A stretch of 64,000 nucleotides of DNA from Myxococcales bacterium (lineage in GTDB: Bacteria; Myxococcota_A; Bradymonadia; REDH01): assembly GCA_020633625.1 (NCBI GenBank), contig JACKDJ010000014.1, positions 18,035 to 82,034 of the forward strand, in the 5' to 3' direction. The translations under genes were made by a program, and so were the position numbers. Position 1 is the stretch's first letter, and each line of letters begins with the position of its first letter. A model generated the notes under the pieces. The model ran no database searches and was not told the DNA's origin. It worked only from the letters and a program-made list of their open reading frames with translations. This document shows positions 48,590 to 58,862 of this stretch, piece after piece.

Positions 48590-49696
48590 TCACCAGATGC
48601 TGTCGTGGTCTTCGCAGAGCCCCCACAGGCCGTCGATCTCGACGGGGCCGTCGTCGGCTTGGAGCTGGCCCGAGAAGCGGCCATAGAGCTGCTGGAACCG
48701 AGACCGCGCGATGCCGGGGACGTCGGTGTCTTCGGTGCGCGCACCGACGGGGCTGAAGGTCAGCGACACGCGGTCGTCGGTCGTCCGCAGCCGCCAGGGG
48801 GCGAGCTTTCGGTCGATGTCCATGTCGAACACCGCCGGCCCGAGGCGCGAGATGCGCCCGTCGACCCAGACGGCGTTCTCGTTGTGGTTCTCGTCGTCGC
48901 GGACGACGTTCTTCGTCAGGTTGAACCCGACGGCGCGACCTCGGGAGTCGCGCCCCGCGAACGTGGCCCAGCGCCAAAACGTGTGGCGGGGGTAGTGCGC
49001 CTTGTGGATGTCGAGGATCGCGACGCAATCGGTCGGATCCCACGCGTGGGCGACGCCGTCGATCTCGAGCGAGCCATCGCACGGGAGCGGCACCTTGTGG
49101 GTGTAGGCGCAGCGGTCCGCGCTGACGGGCATGGACACGACGAGTGGCTCGATCTGGGTGAGATCGTGGTGACACCGCCACGCCGCCCGGACGGCCGGGA
49201 GGTCGCCGGCGCGGGCGATGTCGATCTCGATGCCGTGCCCGCCGTCGCGGAGGTTCGAGTGGAATGCGAGGCGAAAGCCGCGGGTCTCGAACCAGCTCCG
49301 CTCGTCCCACAGCGACCGGGCGAGGTGCGTGTCGGCGACGACGCGCTGCCGGTGGTGCTCGAACCGCGCGCCGGTCACGAGGTCGACCACCTGGACCCAG
49401 GCGATCTTGAGGAACTTCACGTCGACGATCGCGAGCGTCACCAGGTGCGTTGGGGAGAGCAGGCAGTAGTGCTGCCACTCCTTGAGGCGCAGCCGAGCGA
49501 TGGCAGCCGGCACCGAGAACGGGCCGATGCGGGCGCGCGCGTCGCCGATGTCGACGTCTGCGAGGGGGCTGCGCTGTTCGAGCGGGTGCGCGTAGCCGTC
49601 AGCGCCGAGGATTCGCGTCTCGTTCATGCGTGGAGCGTCGTGAGGGGCCTGTCGAGCGGCGCAAGGGTCGCACCCGCGAGGCGGGACGGCAAGCAC
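48590..49696 (-). CDS. DUF2804-family hypothetical protein
   Basis: 368 aa. WQHYCLLSP...FETRGFRLAFHSN... resembles DUF2804 proteins. Call by eye. Confidence 0.45.
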   Translation of the reverse strand: MLAVPPRGCDPCAARQAPHDAPRMNETRILGADGYAHPLEQRSPLADVDIGDARARIGPFSVPAAIARLRLKEWQHYCLLSPTHLVTLAIVDVKFLKIAWVQVVDLVTGARFEHHRQRVVADTHLARSLWDERSWFETRGFRLAFHSNLRDGGHGIEIDIARAGDLPAVRAAWRCHHDLTQIEPLVVSMPVSADRCAYTHKVPLPCDGSLEIDGVAHAWDPTDCVAILDIHKAHYPRHTFWRWATFAGRDSRGRAVGFNLTKNVVRDDENHNENAVWVDGRISRLGPAVFDMDIDRKLAPWRLRTTDDRVSLTFSPVGARTEDTDVPGIARSRFQQLYGRFSGQLQADDGPVEIDGLWGLCEDHDSIW

Positions 49697-49769
49697 TCAC
49701 TTGCACACACTCCCGCCTACGAGGTCCGCACGCCCCCAACAGCGCGAGCCTAAGACGCGCGGCGCGAGC

Positions 49770-52700
49770 TTACGGCGCGCAGACGTTGGCGGCGCCGGGC
49801 GTCCCGCCGTCGCCCGAGGCGCCGAACGTGCCGCCGCTGACACACCAGGCGGCGGCGAGCGAGTTGTCCGCGGTGAAGGCTCCGGTGAACGACACGGCCG
49901 CGTTCGTCGGGTCGGGCCACCCGGCACCGTCGTCATAGGCGACGCGGTCGATCTCGGTGCCGCCGTACTCCAGGACGATCTCGTCGGCGGAGTTCGACAG
50001 CGCCATGCCAGCGGCGCCACCCCAGTTCACCTCGACGGCGCCAGAGGCCGCGCCGGCGGCGCCGGGCGTCTTCACGAAGACGACGTAGCCACCAGCCGGG
50101 ACGAGTGTCGAGAGCCCCACCGTGAACGCGTCGAGATCGTCGTCTCGAATGACGAGGCCGAGGAGGTCGAGCGTGTGCCCGGCCGCGTTCACGACCTCGA
50201 ACCACTCGCCGGTCGTGTCGTCGGTCGGGTTCGCCATGTACTCGGTGATCACCAGGTCGCCGGGGGTGGGAGCGAGCGCGACGGTGGCAGCGCACGAGAG
50301 GTTTGGTTCTCCGGGGGTTCCGCGGTTGCCGAGCCCGTCGTAGACCCCGGTGCCCGTGCAGTAGCTCGCCGGGTCGTCGTTGTCGGAGGACGTCGTCAGC
50401 GGGGGGTCGAGCGAGAGGCTCGCGCCGTTCGGGATGGCCCAGCCGCCGGCGGTGTCGTAGTCGACGCGGTCGAGTTCGATCGACCCGAGGCGGATGACGA
50501 GCTCGTCGGCGGTGTTGGCGAGGTCGAACGTTCCCGCAGCGTTCCACTCGAACGCGACGTTGGGCGCGGCGATGACCGAGGCGCCGATAACGGCGTGCGC
50601 GTGCGACGCGACGATCACGTCGGCGCCGATCGCGAAGGCGTCGGTTCCGTCGTCAGAGACGGTCACACCGTTGAGGTTCAGTGCACGGGCCGAGGCGTTG
50701 TAGACCTCGAACCACTCGTAGCCGGCGTCGGTGCCGGCGGGGTTGACCATCAGCTCGGTGATCACCAGCTCGCCGAGGACAATCGCGGGGCTCTGGCAGC
50801 TCCCCGCGACGCACGCGCCGGCGCTGATGGAGCAGTCCTCGGTGGCTTCATCGGCGTACGAGCACAGGCCAACGTCGCAGACACCCGGCCCGTAGGGGGT
50901 TCGGACGATGTCGCCGACACAGTACGGGCTCGGCGGGGTCTCGCAGACCACGCCCAGGCAGGGGTCGAGACCAACGCATGCGCCGTCGACGCACGCCCCG
51001 AAGAATCCGCAGTCGAACCGATCGGGCACGTACTCGCAGGCTCCGTCGACGCACGTGCCGCCCGTGAACGTGATCACCGCGCCGATGCCTTCGCAGATCG
51101 GCGCGGGCGGGGAGTCGCAGACGACGTCGGCGCACGGGTCTGGCGGCGGGCAGGCGTCGTTGGCGGCGCCAGGCGTGCCGAGGTTCGCGCCGACGCCGTA
51201 GGTCGCCGCGCCGTGACACCAAGCGGTGGGGGCGTCGTTGGCCTCTGCCGACGTCGCGGCCGGGTCGAGCGACGACGACGCGCCCTCGATCACGCTCCAG
51301 CCGGCGCCGTTGTCGTAGGCGACCGCGTCGACGTCGGTCCCGTGCCAGCGGAGGATAATCTGGTCGGCCGTGTTGCCGAGGGTGAACGACGCGCCGACAC
51401 GGTTCCACCCGAAGTCGACCGCGTCGGGGGCGGAGTCTACCGTCTCGCCGAACACGACCCGCGCGCCGGGGCCGATCGACAGCGGGACGTCGACAACGAA
51501 GCGCTCGGTGTTGGCGGCGTTCGCGACGGTCAGCGTGCGGAGCTCGAGGACGTCGGCGGTCACGTTCTCGACCTCGAACCACTCGAGGTTGTCGTCGGCG
51601 TCGACGGCGTTCGCGAAGAACTCGGTGATGACGAGGTCCCCAGGCCCGATGGGGCGGACGGAGCAGGCCGCGTCGACGCAGGTGCCGCCTTCGGCCCAGC
51701 AGTCACGAGTCGTCGGCGCGTAGGTGCAGATGCCTGCCGCGCAGGTCCCGGCGGCTGCGTACGATACGAGCACCTGGTCCGCGCACGCGGTGGCCGGCGG
51801 CGCGTCGCAGACCACGCCCGCGCACTGGTCGCACGGAGGGTTCGGCTCGCCGGGGGTGCCGAGGTTGCCACCGACACCGTAGGCGCCTCGCCCGCGGCAC
51901 CACGACGTCGGGTCGTCGTTGAGAGCGGCGTCGAGCCCGGCGGGGTCGAGCGCGATGGAGATGCCGTCGGCGACGGGCCATCCAGAGGCGGTGGCGTAGA
52001 CGACGCGGTCGAGCTCGACGCCGCCCCACGCGATCGTCACCGAGTCTGCGGTGTTCGAGAGGGTGTACGCCGACGACTCGGCGTTCCAGGCGAAGGCGAC
52101 GGTGGGCGTCGAAGTGGTGGTCTCGCCGAGGACCACGGCGGCGCCGGCGGCGACCGGGACAGACGCAGGGATCGAGAAGCGCTGCGCGCCGTCGATGTCG
52201 GAGACGACGAGCCCACGAAGGTCGAGGGCGACGTCGGAGATGTTTCGCAGCTCGATCCACTCGAGGTCGGTGTCGTCGCCTTGGGGGTTGGGCATGAGCT
52301 CGGAGATCACGAGGTCGCCGGGCGACGGGACGCGGCGACAGGCGCCGGCGTCGCACGCCTCGCGCTCACCGCACTCGTGGAGCGTTCGCGTGTAGGTGCA
52401 GCCTCCGCGGTCGCAGACCCCGACGGGATCCCACTCCACACGCTGGTCGCCCTCGCAGGACGGCGCGGGCGGCATGTCGCAGACGATGTCTGCGCAGGCG
52501 TCCGCGTCGAAGACGCCGACGAAGCCGCGCGAGAAGTGCGAGATCGGCGCGGAGACGACGCTGCCATCGACGTCGGACTCGAGCGCGACGAAGGCGCCGT
52601 CTGCGTCCGTCCAGAACACGTGCGAGGCGGTCTCCGGGTCGTCTACGTCGTATTCCACCCGTGCGTCGACGGCGAAGCTGAGGCCGCTCGGCGAGAACAG

Positions 52701-53243
52701 ATACACCGGTGTCGCAGGGGTGATCCCGTCGTCGATGTCCTGGTCCGCTGCGACCGCGATGTCGATCGCCGTCGCGACCGTGAGGGCGCCGGCCGGGACA
52801 ATGACGCGAACCGGGCCGGCGTCGACAGTGCCGCCGGCCGGCCCGACGAGCGTGCCGTCGACGACTTCTTCGGCGGCGTCGCCCCCGTCGGAGGTGTCGC
52901 CGCCGTCGGACGCGTCGCTGCCGTCGAGCACATCGGCGCCATCGGACGCATCGGCGCCATCCGGTGCATCGGCGCTCGTGTCGCCATCAGCGCCGTCACC
53001 TTCGACGTCGGCGTCGCTCGAGTCCGGCGAGTCGGGGTCGGCGTCGGTCGAGTCTCTGTCGCTGTCGCCCGCGCCGGGATCGGTCGCGGCGTCGGACCCG
53101 GTGTCGAACGGGGAGATGTCTGCGGTGTCGGCGGCGACGTCTCCGAGGTCGATGGGCCCGCCAGTCTCGCCGCCGCAAGCGACGAGGGCGACGCCAACGA
53201 GGGCGATCGTGGAACGAAGGGCGACGTGACTGGAGCGGTTCAT
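49770..53243 (-). CDS. Large secreted lipoprotein with four lamin-tail-domain (LTD) repeats alternating with Cys-rich modules and an acidic Asp/Ser-rich N-terminal linker
   Basis: Lipobox MNRSSHVALRSTIALVGVALVACGG. LTD signatures GDLVISELMPNPQGDDTDLEWIELRN, GDLVITEFFANAVDADDNLEWFEVEN, LVITELMVNPAGTDAGYEWFEVYN, GDLVITEYMANPTDDTTGEWFEVVN. Confidence 0.7.
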   Translation of the reverse strand: MNRSSHVALRSTIALVGVALVACGGETGGPIDLGDVAADTADISPFDTGSDAATDPGAGDSDRDSTDADPDSPDSSDADVEGDGADGDTSADAPDGADASDGADVLDGSDASDGGDTSDGGDAAEEVVDGTLVGPAGGTVDAGPVRVIVPAGALTVATAIDIAVAADQDIDDGITPATPVYLFSPSGLSFAVDARVEYDVDDPETASHVFWTDADGAFVALESDVDGSVVSAPISHFSRGFVGVFDADACADIVCDMPPAPSCEGDQRVEWDPVGVCDRGGCTYTRTLHECGEREACDAGACRRVPSPGDLVISELMPNPQGDDTDLEWIELRNISDVALDLRGLVVSDIDGAQRFSIPASVPVAAGAAVVLGETTTSTPTVAFAWNAESSAYTLSNTADSVTIAWGGVELDRVVYATASGWPVADGISIALDPAGLDAALNDDPTSWCRGRGAYGVGGNLGTPGEPNPPCDQCAGVVCDAPPATACADQVLVSYAAAGTCAAGICTYAPTTRDCWAEGGTCVDAACSVRPIGPGDLVITEFFANAVDADDNLEWFEVENVTADVLELRTLTVANAANTERFVVDVPLSIGPGARVVFGETVDSAPDAVDFGWNRVGASFTLGNTADQIILRWHGTDVDAVAYDNGAGWSVIEGASSSLDPAATSAEANDAPTAWCHGAATYGVGANLGTPGAANDACPPPDPCADVVCDSPPAPICEGIGAVITFTGGTCVDGACEYVPDRFDCGFFGACVDGACVGLDPCLGVVCETPPSPYCVGDIVRTPYGPGVCDVGLCSYADEATEDCSISAGACVAGSCQSPAIVLGELVITELMVNPAGTDAGYEWFEVYNASARALNLNGVTVSDDGTDAFAIGADVIVASHAHAVIGASVIAAPNVAFEWNAAGTFDLANTADELVIRLGSIELDRVDYDTAGGWAIPNGASLSLDPPLTTSSDNDDPASYCTGTGVYDGLGNRGTPGEPNLSCAATVALAPTPGDLVITEYMANPTDDTTGEWFEVVNAAGHTLDLLGLVIRDDDLDAFTVGLSTLVPAGGYVVFVKTPGAAGAASGAVEVNWGGAAGMALSNSADEIVLEYGGTEIDRVAYDDGAGWPDPTNAAVSFTGAFTADNSLAAAWCVSGGTFGASGDGGTPGAANVCAP

Positions 53244-53422
53244 GCTGTGCTGCTGCCGAGGGTCGAGCGGGCCCAGCCATATCACAGCCGCAGCGTGGGT
53301 CGAGGGCAGCGCGCCGCGCGACGCGACGATGGCGCAAATCGCGAGGGTTCGTGTTGATTCCGCGTCGGCGGTCGGGTACGGGGCGCGCGCGGCGCAGGTC
53401 GCCTCCAGCACAGGTCGATCTC

Positions 53423-55303
53423 ATGGGCCGCTCCACTCCTCCAGACTCCAAGCCGCGGCGCGCCGCCGCGAGAGACGGCGCGCCGGCCGGATCCGACGAG
53501 GCGCCTGCGCTAGCCGACGCGACCGACGACGCCCCACTGTTGTCCGACGACGTCGAGTCCGCTTCCTTTGCGCGGCTCGGCCTCCCCGACGCGATGCTCG
53601 CCACGCTCGCGGAGCTAGGCTTTGCTGCGCCGACACCGATCCAGGCAGCGACAATCCCGCTGCTTCTGGCGGGACGCGACGTGCTGGGCCAGGCGCAGAC
53701 CGGCACGGGGAAGACGGCGGCGTTCGCGCTCCCGATCCTCGCTCGTGTGTCCGCGACCGCCAAGGAACCGCGCGCGCTGGTGCTGACGCCGACGCGCGAG
53801 CTGGCGATGCAGGTGGCAGACTCGTTCCGCGACCTGGGCGCGGCGCTGAAGCCGAAGCACCGCATCGCGTGCCTCTACGGAGGTGCGGCGTACGGGCCGC
53901 AGCTCTCGACGCTGCGTGCCGGCGCGTCGATCGTGATCGGGACGCCCGGACGCATCATCGATCACCTGGAGCGGGGTGCCCTCGACCTCGCTCAGCTCGA
54001 GGTGTTCGTCCTCGACGAGGCCGACGAGATGCTCCGGATGGGGTTCTTCGAAGACGTGACCCGCATCATCGGCCAGACGCCTTCGACGCGGCAGGTCACG
54101 CTCTTCTCGGCCACGATGCCGGCGCCGATCCGGGCGGTCGCTCGCGAGCACATGCGCGACGCGGCAGAGGTGCGCGTCGCGGCCGCCCAGCTCGCGGCCG
54201 AGAGCGTTCGGCACCGCTATCTGCCAGTGGACCCCGACGAGAAGCTCCCCGCGCTCGCGCTGCTGTGCGAGGTCGCGGTGACCGACGCGGCGCTGGTGTT
54301 CGTGCGAACGAAGGCCGCGACCGTCGAGATCGCCGACGCCCTCTTCGCCCGCGGCTTTCGCGCGGCGGCGCTCTCTGGCGACCTGAGCCAGGCGCACCGC
54401 GAGCGGACCGTCGAGCAGCTCCGCAACGGGCAGATCGACGTCGTGGTCGCGACCGACGTGGCTGCGCGGGGGCTCGACGTCGAGCGGATCGCGCACGTGA
54501 TCAACTACGACACGCCGACCGACCCGGAGACCTATGTGCACCGCGTCGGACGCACGGGTCGCGCCGGCCGCACGGGCGAGGCGATCCTCTTCCTCGAGGC
54601 TCGCCAGCGACGCCTGATCCCGCTGATCGAGCGCGCCACCGGGGCGACCCTCGAGCGGATGCGGCCCCCGTCGGTCGAGGAGCTGAACTCGCGGCGCGTC
54701 GCGGCGTTCGAGGCGCGGATCACCGGCGCCCTCGAGCGGGCCGCGGAGTCGGAGTTCCGGCCGCTGCTCGAGGCGCTGTGCAAGCGGGAGAAGATCGACC
54801 CGGTGCTCGCGGCGGCTGCGCTTGCGGGGGCGCTACACGGCGATCGACCGTTCCTCGCGAAGGTCGCTCCGGTGCAGGACCGCACGGCGCCGCCGGCGCC
54901 GCGCGCGACTGCGCCCAAGCCGCACGGTGTCGCGCCACGGACGCGGACAGGGACCGACGAGCCCGTCGCCGACAGCGACGTCGAGGCGCGGCCGCGACCG
55001 AAGGGAATCACGCGCCCAGCTCGAGTCCCGGTCAAGAACGTCCGCCCTCCCCGTCCGCCGCGGCGCGGCATGGAGTGGTTCCGCGTCGAGGTCGGAGAGC
55101 GCGACGGGGCGCACCCGGGCGCGATCCTCGCGCACGTCGCGCGTGAGGCCGGGCTCGACGGGCGCCGCGTCGGCACGATCGACGTCGGGCCGACGTGGAC
55201 GTTCGTCGAACTGCCCGGCGGAATGCCCGAGCGCGTGTTCCGCGACCTCGACCGCACGCGCTTTGCGGGCCGGCCGCTGAGCCTGAGCCGCGTCGACAGC
55301 TGA
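53423..55303 (+). CDS. DEAD-box ATP-dependent RNA helicase (DeaD/CsdA-like) with a C-terminal DbpA-type RNA-binding domain
   Basis: Q-motif and Walker A GQAQTGTGKTAAF, PTRELA, DEAD (VLDEADEML), SAT, VATDVAARGLD, HRVGRTGRAG. C-terminal WFRVEVGERDGAHPGAILAHVAREAGLDGRRVGTIDV... Confidence 0.85.
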   Translation: MGRSTPPDSKPRRAAARDGAPAGSDEAPALADATDDAPLLSDDVESASFARLGLPDAMLATLAELGFAAPTPIQAATIPLLLAGRDVLGQAQTGTGKTAAFALPILARVSATAKEPRALVLTPTRELAMQVADSFRDLGAALKPKHRIACLYGGAAYGPQLSTLRAGASIVIGTPGRIIDHLERGALDLAQLEVFVLDEADEMLRMGFFEDVTRIIGQTPSTRQVTLFSATMPAPIRAVAREHMRDAAEVRVAAAQLAAESVRHRYLPVDPDEKLPALALLCEVAVTDAALVFVRTKAATVEIADALFARGFRAAALSGDLSQAHRERTVEQLRNGQIDVVVATDVAARGLDVERIAHVINYDTPTDPETYVHRVGRTGRAGRTGEAILFLEARQRRLIPLIERATGATLERMRPPSVEELNSRRVAAFEARITGALERAAESEFRPLLEALCKREKIDPVLAAAALAGALHGDRPFLAKVAPVQDRTAPPAPRATAPKPHGVAPRTRTGTDEPVADSDVEARPRPKGITRPARVPVKNVRPPRPPRRGMEWFRVEVGERDGAHPGAILAHVAREAGLDGRRVGTIDVGPTWTFVELPGGMPERVFRDLDRTRFAGRPLSLSRVDS

Positions 55304-55324
55304 CGCGGCGGGCGCGTTCGTCGG

Positions 55325-56722
55325 CTAGCGGGCCGCGAGCGCTCGAACGGCGGCGGCGAAGGCGCGACCGCGGGCCTCGAACCCCGCGAACATGTCGAAC
55401 GACGAGCACGCGGGCGACAGGACGACGGTGTCGCCCGGCCGCGCGGCGGCGCGTGCTGCGACGACGGCGGCCTCCATCGAGCCGGCGCGCTCCATCGAGA
55501 CGACACCGGCGCCTTCGGCTTCGAGGCGCGCCGCTACCTCGCCGATGACCACCACGTGCCGCGCTCGGTCGGCGAGCTCGCGGAGCAGCGGGCCGAGATC
55601 GAGTCGCTTGTCGACGCCACCGACGATCGCGACGAGCGGAGGCGCGAGCGACCGGAGTCCGGTGACGGCGGCGTGGACGTTGGTCGCCTTCGAGTCGTCG
55701 ACGTAGCGGACGCCATCGAGCTCGCGCACCAGCTCGAGGCGGTGGGGCAGCCCGACGAACGCGGCCAGCCCATCGGCGAGCGCGTCCGCGGTCGGCCGTG
55801 CCCCAGGCAGCGCGACCACGGCGGCGAGGGCGGCGAGCGCGTTGCGGACGTTGTGCGCGCCGGCGAGCCGCAGGGCGGCGAGCGGCGCGGCGACGTCGCC
55901 AACGCGGCCGGAGACGCGGAGCTGGTCTCCGTCGAGCCACGCGGCGCTCTCGGCGTCGGGTCGCGGGCCGTTGTCGTAGAGCACGACGCGGACTCCACGC
56001 TCCGACAAGCGGCCCGCGGCGGCGGCGAGGCGCGGGTCGCCGGCCCAGACGATGGCGACTCCGTGGTCGGCGTCGAGGTGGTCGTGGATCAGCAGCTTCG
56101 CGTCGACGTAGTCATCGAACGACGCGTAGTGGTCGAGGTGATCGTCGGCGATGTTGGTGAGGATCGAGACGGCCGGCCGCATGTGGTGGCCGCGCCAGCT
56201 CTGGAACGCGCTGACCTCGATCACCGCCGCGTCTGCGGCGGTCGCGCCTGCGACGACCGACGACATCGCCTCCCACGAGTTCCCGCCGAGCAGGGTCTCG
56301 CGCCCGGTGGCATTGGCGAGCCGGGCCGCGAGGGCGGCGGTCGTCGACTTTCCGTCGGTGCCGCCGACGGCGATCCAGGGGCGGTCGAGCGCGGCGGCGG
56401 CGAGGTCGACCTCGGACCAGACCTCGACCTCGCCGGCGCGCCACGCCGCCCAGAGGGGCGCCAGCTCGGGGTTGCGCGCATTCTCGGGCCAGTCCGGGTT
56501 CATGCCGGGTGAGAGCACGACGGCGGAGGCGCCCGCGAAGTCGTTGGAGCCGAGGCGCAGCTCGACGGAGCCGGGCAGCTCCGCGCGAAGGTCGGTGCTC
56601 CTGTCCGTCGCGATCGTGTGCTTGCCGAGCGCGTCGAGGAGGCGGACGGCCCCGAGTCCGGCGGCGCCGAGCCCGAGGACGGCGACCTTCGCGTGTCGTG
56701 GGAGGGGGTCGCGCAGCTCCAT
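55325..56722 (-). CDS. murD: UDP-N-acetylmuramoyl-L-alanine--D-glutamate ligase
   Basis: N-terminal Rossmann KVAVLGLGAAG, Mur-ligase P-loop AVGGTDGKSTT, and overall Mur ligase central/C-terminal layout. Start taken at MELRD. Not in a visible dcw cluster here. Confidence 0.65.
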   Translation of the reverse strand: MELRDPLPRHAKVAVLGLGAAGLGAVRLLDALGKHTIATDRSTDLRAELPGSVELRLGSNDFAGASAVVLSPGMNPDWPENARNPELAPLWAAWRAGEVEVWSEVDLAAAALDRPWIAVGGTDGKSTTAALAARLANATGRETLLGGNSWEAMSSVVAGATAADAAVIEVSAFQSWRGHHMRPAVSILTNIADDHLDHYASFDDYVDAKLLIHDHLDADHGVAIVWAGDPRLAAAAGRLSERGVRVVLYDNGPRPDAESAAWLDGDQLRVSGRVGDVAAPLAALRLAGAHNVRNALAALAAVVALPGARPTADALADGLAAFVGLPHRLELVRELDGVRYVDDSKATNVHAAVTGLRSLAPPLVAIVGGVDKRLDLGPLLRELADRARHVVVIGEVAARLEAEGAGVVSMERAGSMEAAVVAARAAARPGDTVVLSPACSSFDMFAGFEARGRAFAAAVRALAAR

Positions 56723-56742
56723 TCGAGCGTCCGGGCCGATGC

Positions 56743-58125
56743 TCAGAAGCAGAGGTTGGCGCAGTTGTCTGGGTTCGACTGGAAGCGCTCGCAAGACTCA
56801 CCTGAGGTCGCGGTGACGACCTCGGTCCACTGCTCGTCGGCGTAGGTCCAGACGTCGTTGATCGCGCCGCAGTCGGTCTTGCCGCCGAAGAGCACTGCGT
56901 GACCGCACGCCTCGGACCAAACGAGCGTGTGGTAGTGACGGCGCTCCGGGAGGTTCGGGTCGATGGTGGTGAAGTCGGGCGGGAAGTCGCAAAAGCCGAG
57001 CTGTTCGGCCTGTTGCTGGTCGCCGAGCGTGAGACGTCCCCAGATGTTGCCGCCGGGCGCGAAGATCCACGCGTCGTTGCGGTTGCCGAGCGCTTGGTCG
57101 TCGTGACCGCCGAAGACGACGTAGGTGTCGCTCACCGTGTCGTGGACGATCGCAGATCCGAAGCGGCCGTCGGGACCGGAGTTGCGGCTCGAGAGCTCCC
57201 AAGACGCCCCGGTGTCGCCAGAGAAGCTGAGGGTCCAAAGCTCGCGGAAGTACGAGACGGCGCCGGTAAACGCGAGCGTGTCGAAGCCGCCGTAGATGGC
57301 GACGACGTCGCGCGTGGGGTCGTAGGTTGCTCCAACGGCGAGGCGCGGGGTCGGGCCAGCGCCAGGGGCGAGCTGCGTCCACGCGTTGTCCGCCGGGTCG
57401 TATGCCCAGACGTCGTTGAGCGGCGTGGTCGTGGCTCCGCTCGCCGACGCGTTTCCGCCGAACAGGATCAGGCGGTCACGAGTCGAGTCCCACACGATCG
57501 CCGCGTTCATCCGAGCCGACGGCCCCGTCGCCCCGGTATCGGTCCATGTTTGGGTCGCCGGATCGAAGCTCCACAGGTCGTCGAAGAGGTCGTAGTTGCC
57601 AGAGGTCCGGCCTTCGTCGCGGTACCGCCCGCCAAACATCCACACCTTGCCGCCGCCGGCGGCCATCGCGTGGCGCCCGCGTGCGCTCGGCCCGGCGCCG
57701 TCGGCCGTGGCCCAAACACCACAGACGTCGTCGTAGACCCAAGTGGTGTCGACGTACTCGGAAGCGACGGCGGGGTCGCAGTTCTCGGGCACTCCGGTCG
57801 TGCCACCGAAGACCACCATCTCGCGCAGCTCATCGACGTAGGCCGCGCCATGCTCGCTGAGTCGGGGCGGGGGATCGGACGTCAGCCCGTCGCACCGCTC
57901 CGCGCTGGGCGCACACGCGCCGGCTCCGGTATCGTCGACGGCGGCGTCGCCGTCGGTTCCGGAGTCCGCGCTCGTGTCTGCCTGGGCATCCGCGGAGACG
58001 TCGGCGGCGTCTGCCGCTCCGGTATCACCGACGGGGTCGCCTGCGTCGGAGCCGCACGCAGTGAGAGCGAACGCGAGCGCGGCAGCGCGGGCGGGGTGAG
58101 AGCGGCGCGAGGCGAGGACTGCCAT
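56743..58125 (-). CDS. Kelch-repeat (galactose-oxidase-like beta-propeller) lipoprotein
   Basis: Lipobox MAVLASRRSHPARAAALAFALTACGSD. Repeated GG-W Kelch motifs (KVWMFGGR, LILFGGN, VAIYGGFD, YVVFGGHD). Confidence 0.6.
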   Translation of the reverse strand: MAVLASRRSHPARAAALAFALTACGSDAGDPVGDTGAADAADVSADAQADTSADSGTDGDAAVDDTGAGACAPSAERCDGLTSDPPPRLSEHGAAYVDELREMVVFGGTTGVPENCDPAVASEYVDTTWVYDDVCGVWATADGAGPSARGRHAMAAGGGKVWMFGGRYRDEGRTSGNYDLFDDLWSFDPATQTWTDTGATGPSARMNAAIVWDSTRDRLILFGGNASASGATTTPLNDVWAYDPADNAWTQLAPGAGPTPRLAVGATYDPTRDVVAIYGGFDTLAFTGAVSYFRELWTLSFSGDTGASWELSSRNSGPDGRFGSAIVHDTVSDTYVVFGGHDDQALGNRNDAWIFAPGGNIWGRLTLGDQQQAEQLGFCDFPPDFTTIDPNLPERRHYHTLVWSEACGHAVLFGGKTDCGAINDVWTYADEQWTEVVTATSGESCERFQSNPDNCANLCF

Positions 58126-58835
58126 CAGTCGAGGGGGTTGCAGGTCCAGATGATGCCGTACCCGCTGCACGTGCCGGGCGTCTCGTTTCGGACGATGACG
58201 AAGTAGTCACCACCGCCGAAGCCGGGCTCGATCCACTCGACGTGCTCGTCGTCGTCGCCGCTGTTCGCGAACGCGAGGGACTCGCGCGTGTCTCCGGCGA
58301 CGATGTCGACGGAGATGTCGCCGTTGGCGTGCGTGAAGATGGCGTCGATGATGACGTTGCAGCCGGGCAGCGTGAAGACGTGGTAGTAGTCCGCGTCGCC
58401 GAAGCGGGCGACTCGGCCCTGGACGGGCTCGTCGGCGGTCAGGTTCGTCGCGTGCTCCCAGTCATCGTCGTCCTCGGACCCGTCGTCGGCGCAGGTGGCC
58501 GGCGAGACTTCCTCGGTGGCGTCGGTGGCGTCGTCGGTGACCTCTTCGGTCACCTCCTCGGTCACCTCTTCCGTGACCTCCTCTGTCACCTCCTCCGTGA
58601 CCTCTTCGGTCACCTCCTCCGTCACTTCTTCGGTGACTTCCTCCGTCACCTCCTCGGCGACCTCTTCGGTGGTGTCTTCGTCGGAGCCGTCGCTGAGGTC
58701 GGTGCCGCCATCGTCGGTGTCGTCTACCGTCACATCACCGTTTCCCGCATCCTCGCTCTTGTTGTCGTCGCCACAGGCGGTGGTCAGCGAGAGCGCGGCG
58801 ATCAGGGAGAGCGCGTACTTCTTCGATGGGTTCAT
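58125..58835 (-). CDS. Lipoprotein with (EEVTE)n tandem repeat linker
   Basis: Lipobox MNPSKKYALSLIAALSLTTACGDD. Thirteen EEVTE-type repeats (15-nt periodic DNA ~58545-58665). Globular C-terminal domain. Confidence 0.55.
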   Translation of the reverse strand: MNPSKKYALSLIAALSLTTACGDDNKSEDAGNGDVTVDDTDDGGTDLSDGSDEDTTEEVAEEVTEEVTEEVTEEVTEEVTEEVTEEVTEEVTEEVTEEVTDDATDATEEVSPATCADDGSEDDDDWEHATNLTADEPVQGRVARFGDADYYHVFTLPGCNVIIDAIFTHANGDISVDIVAGDTRESLAFANSGDDDEHVEWIEPGFGGGDYFVIVRNETPGTCSGYGIIWTCNPLD

Positions 58836-58862
58836 GGTCGACCAGGTTCTTGGGGGCGGTGC

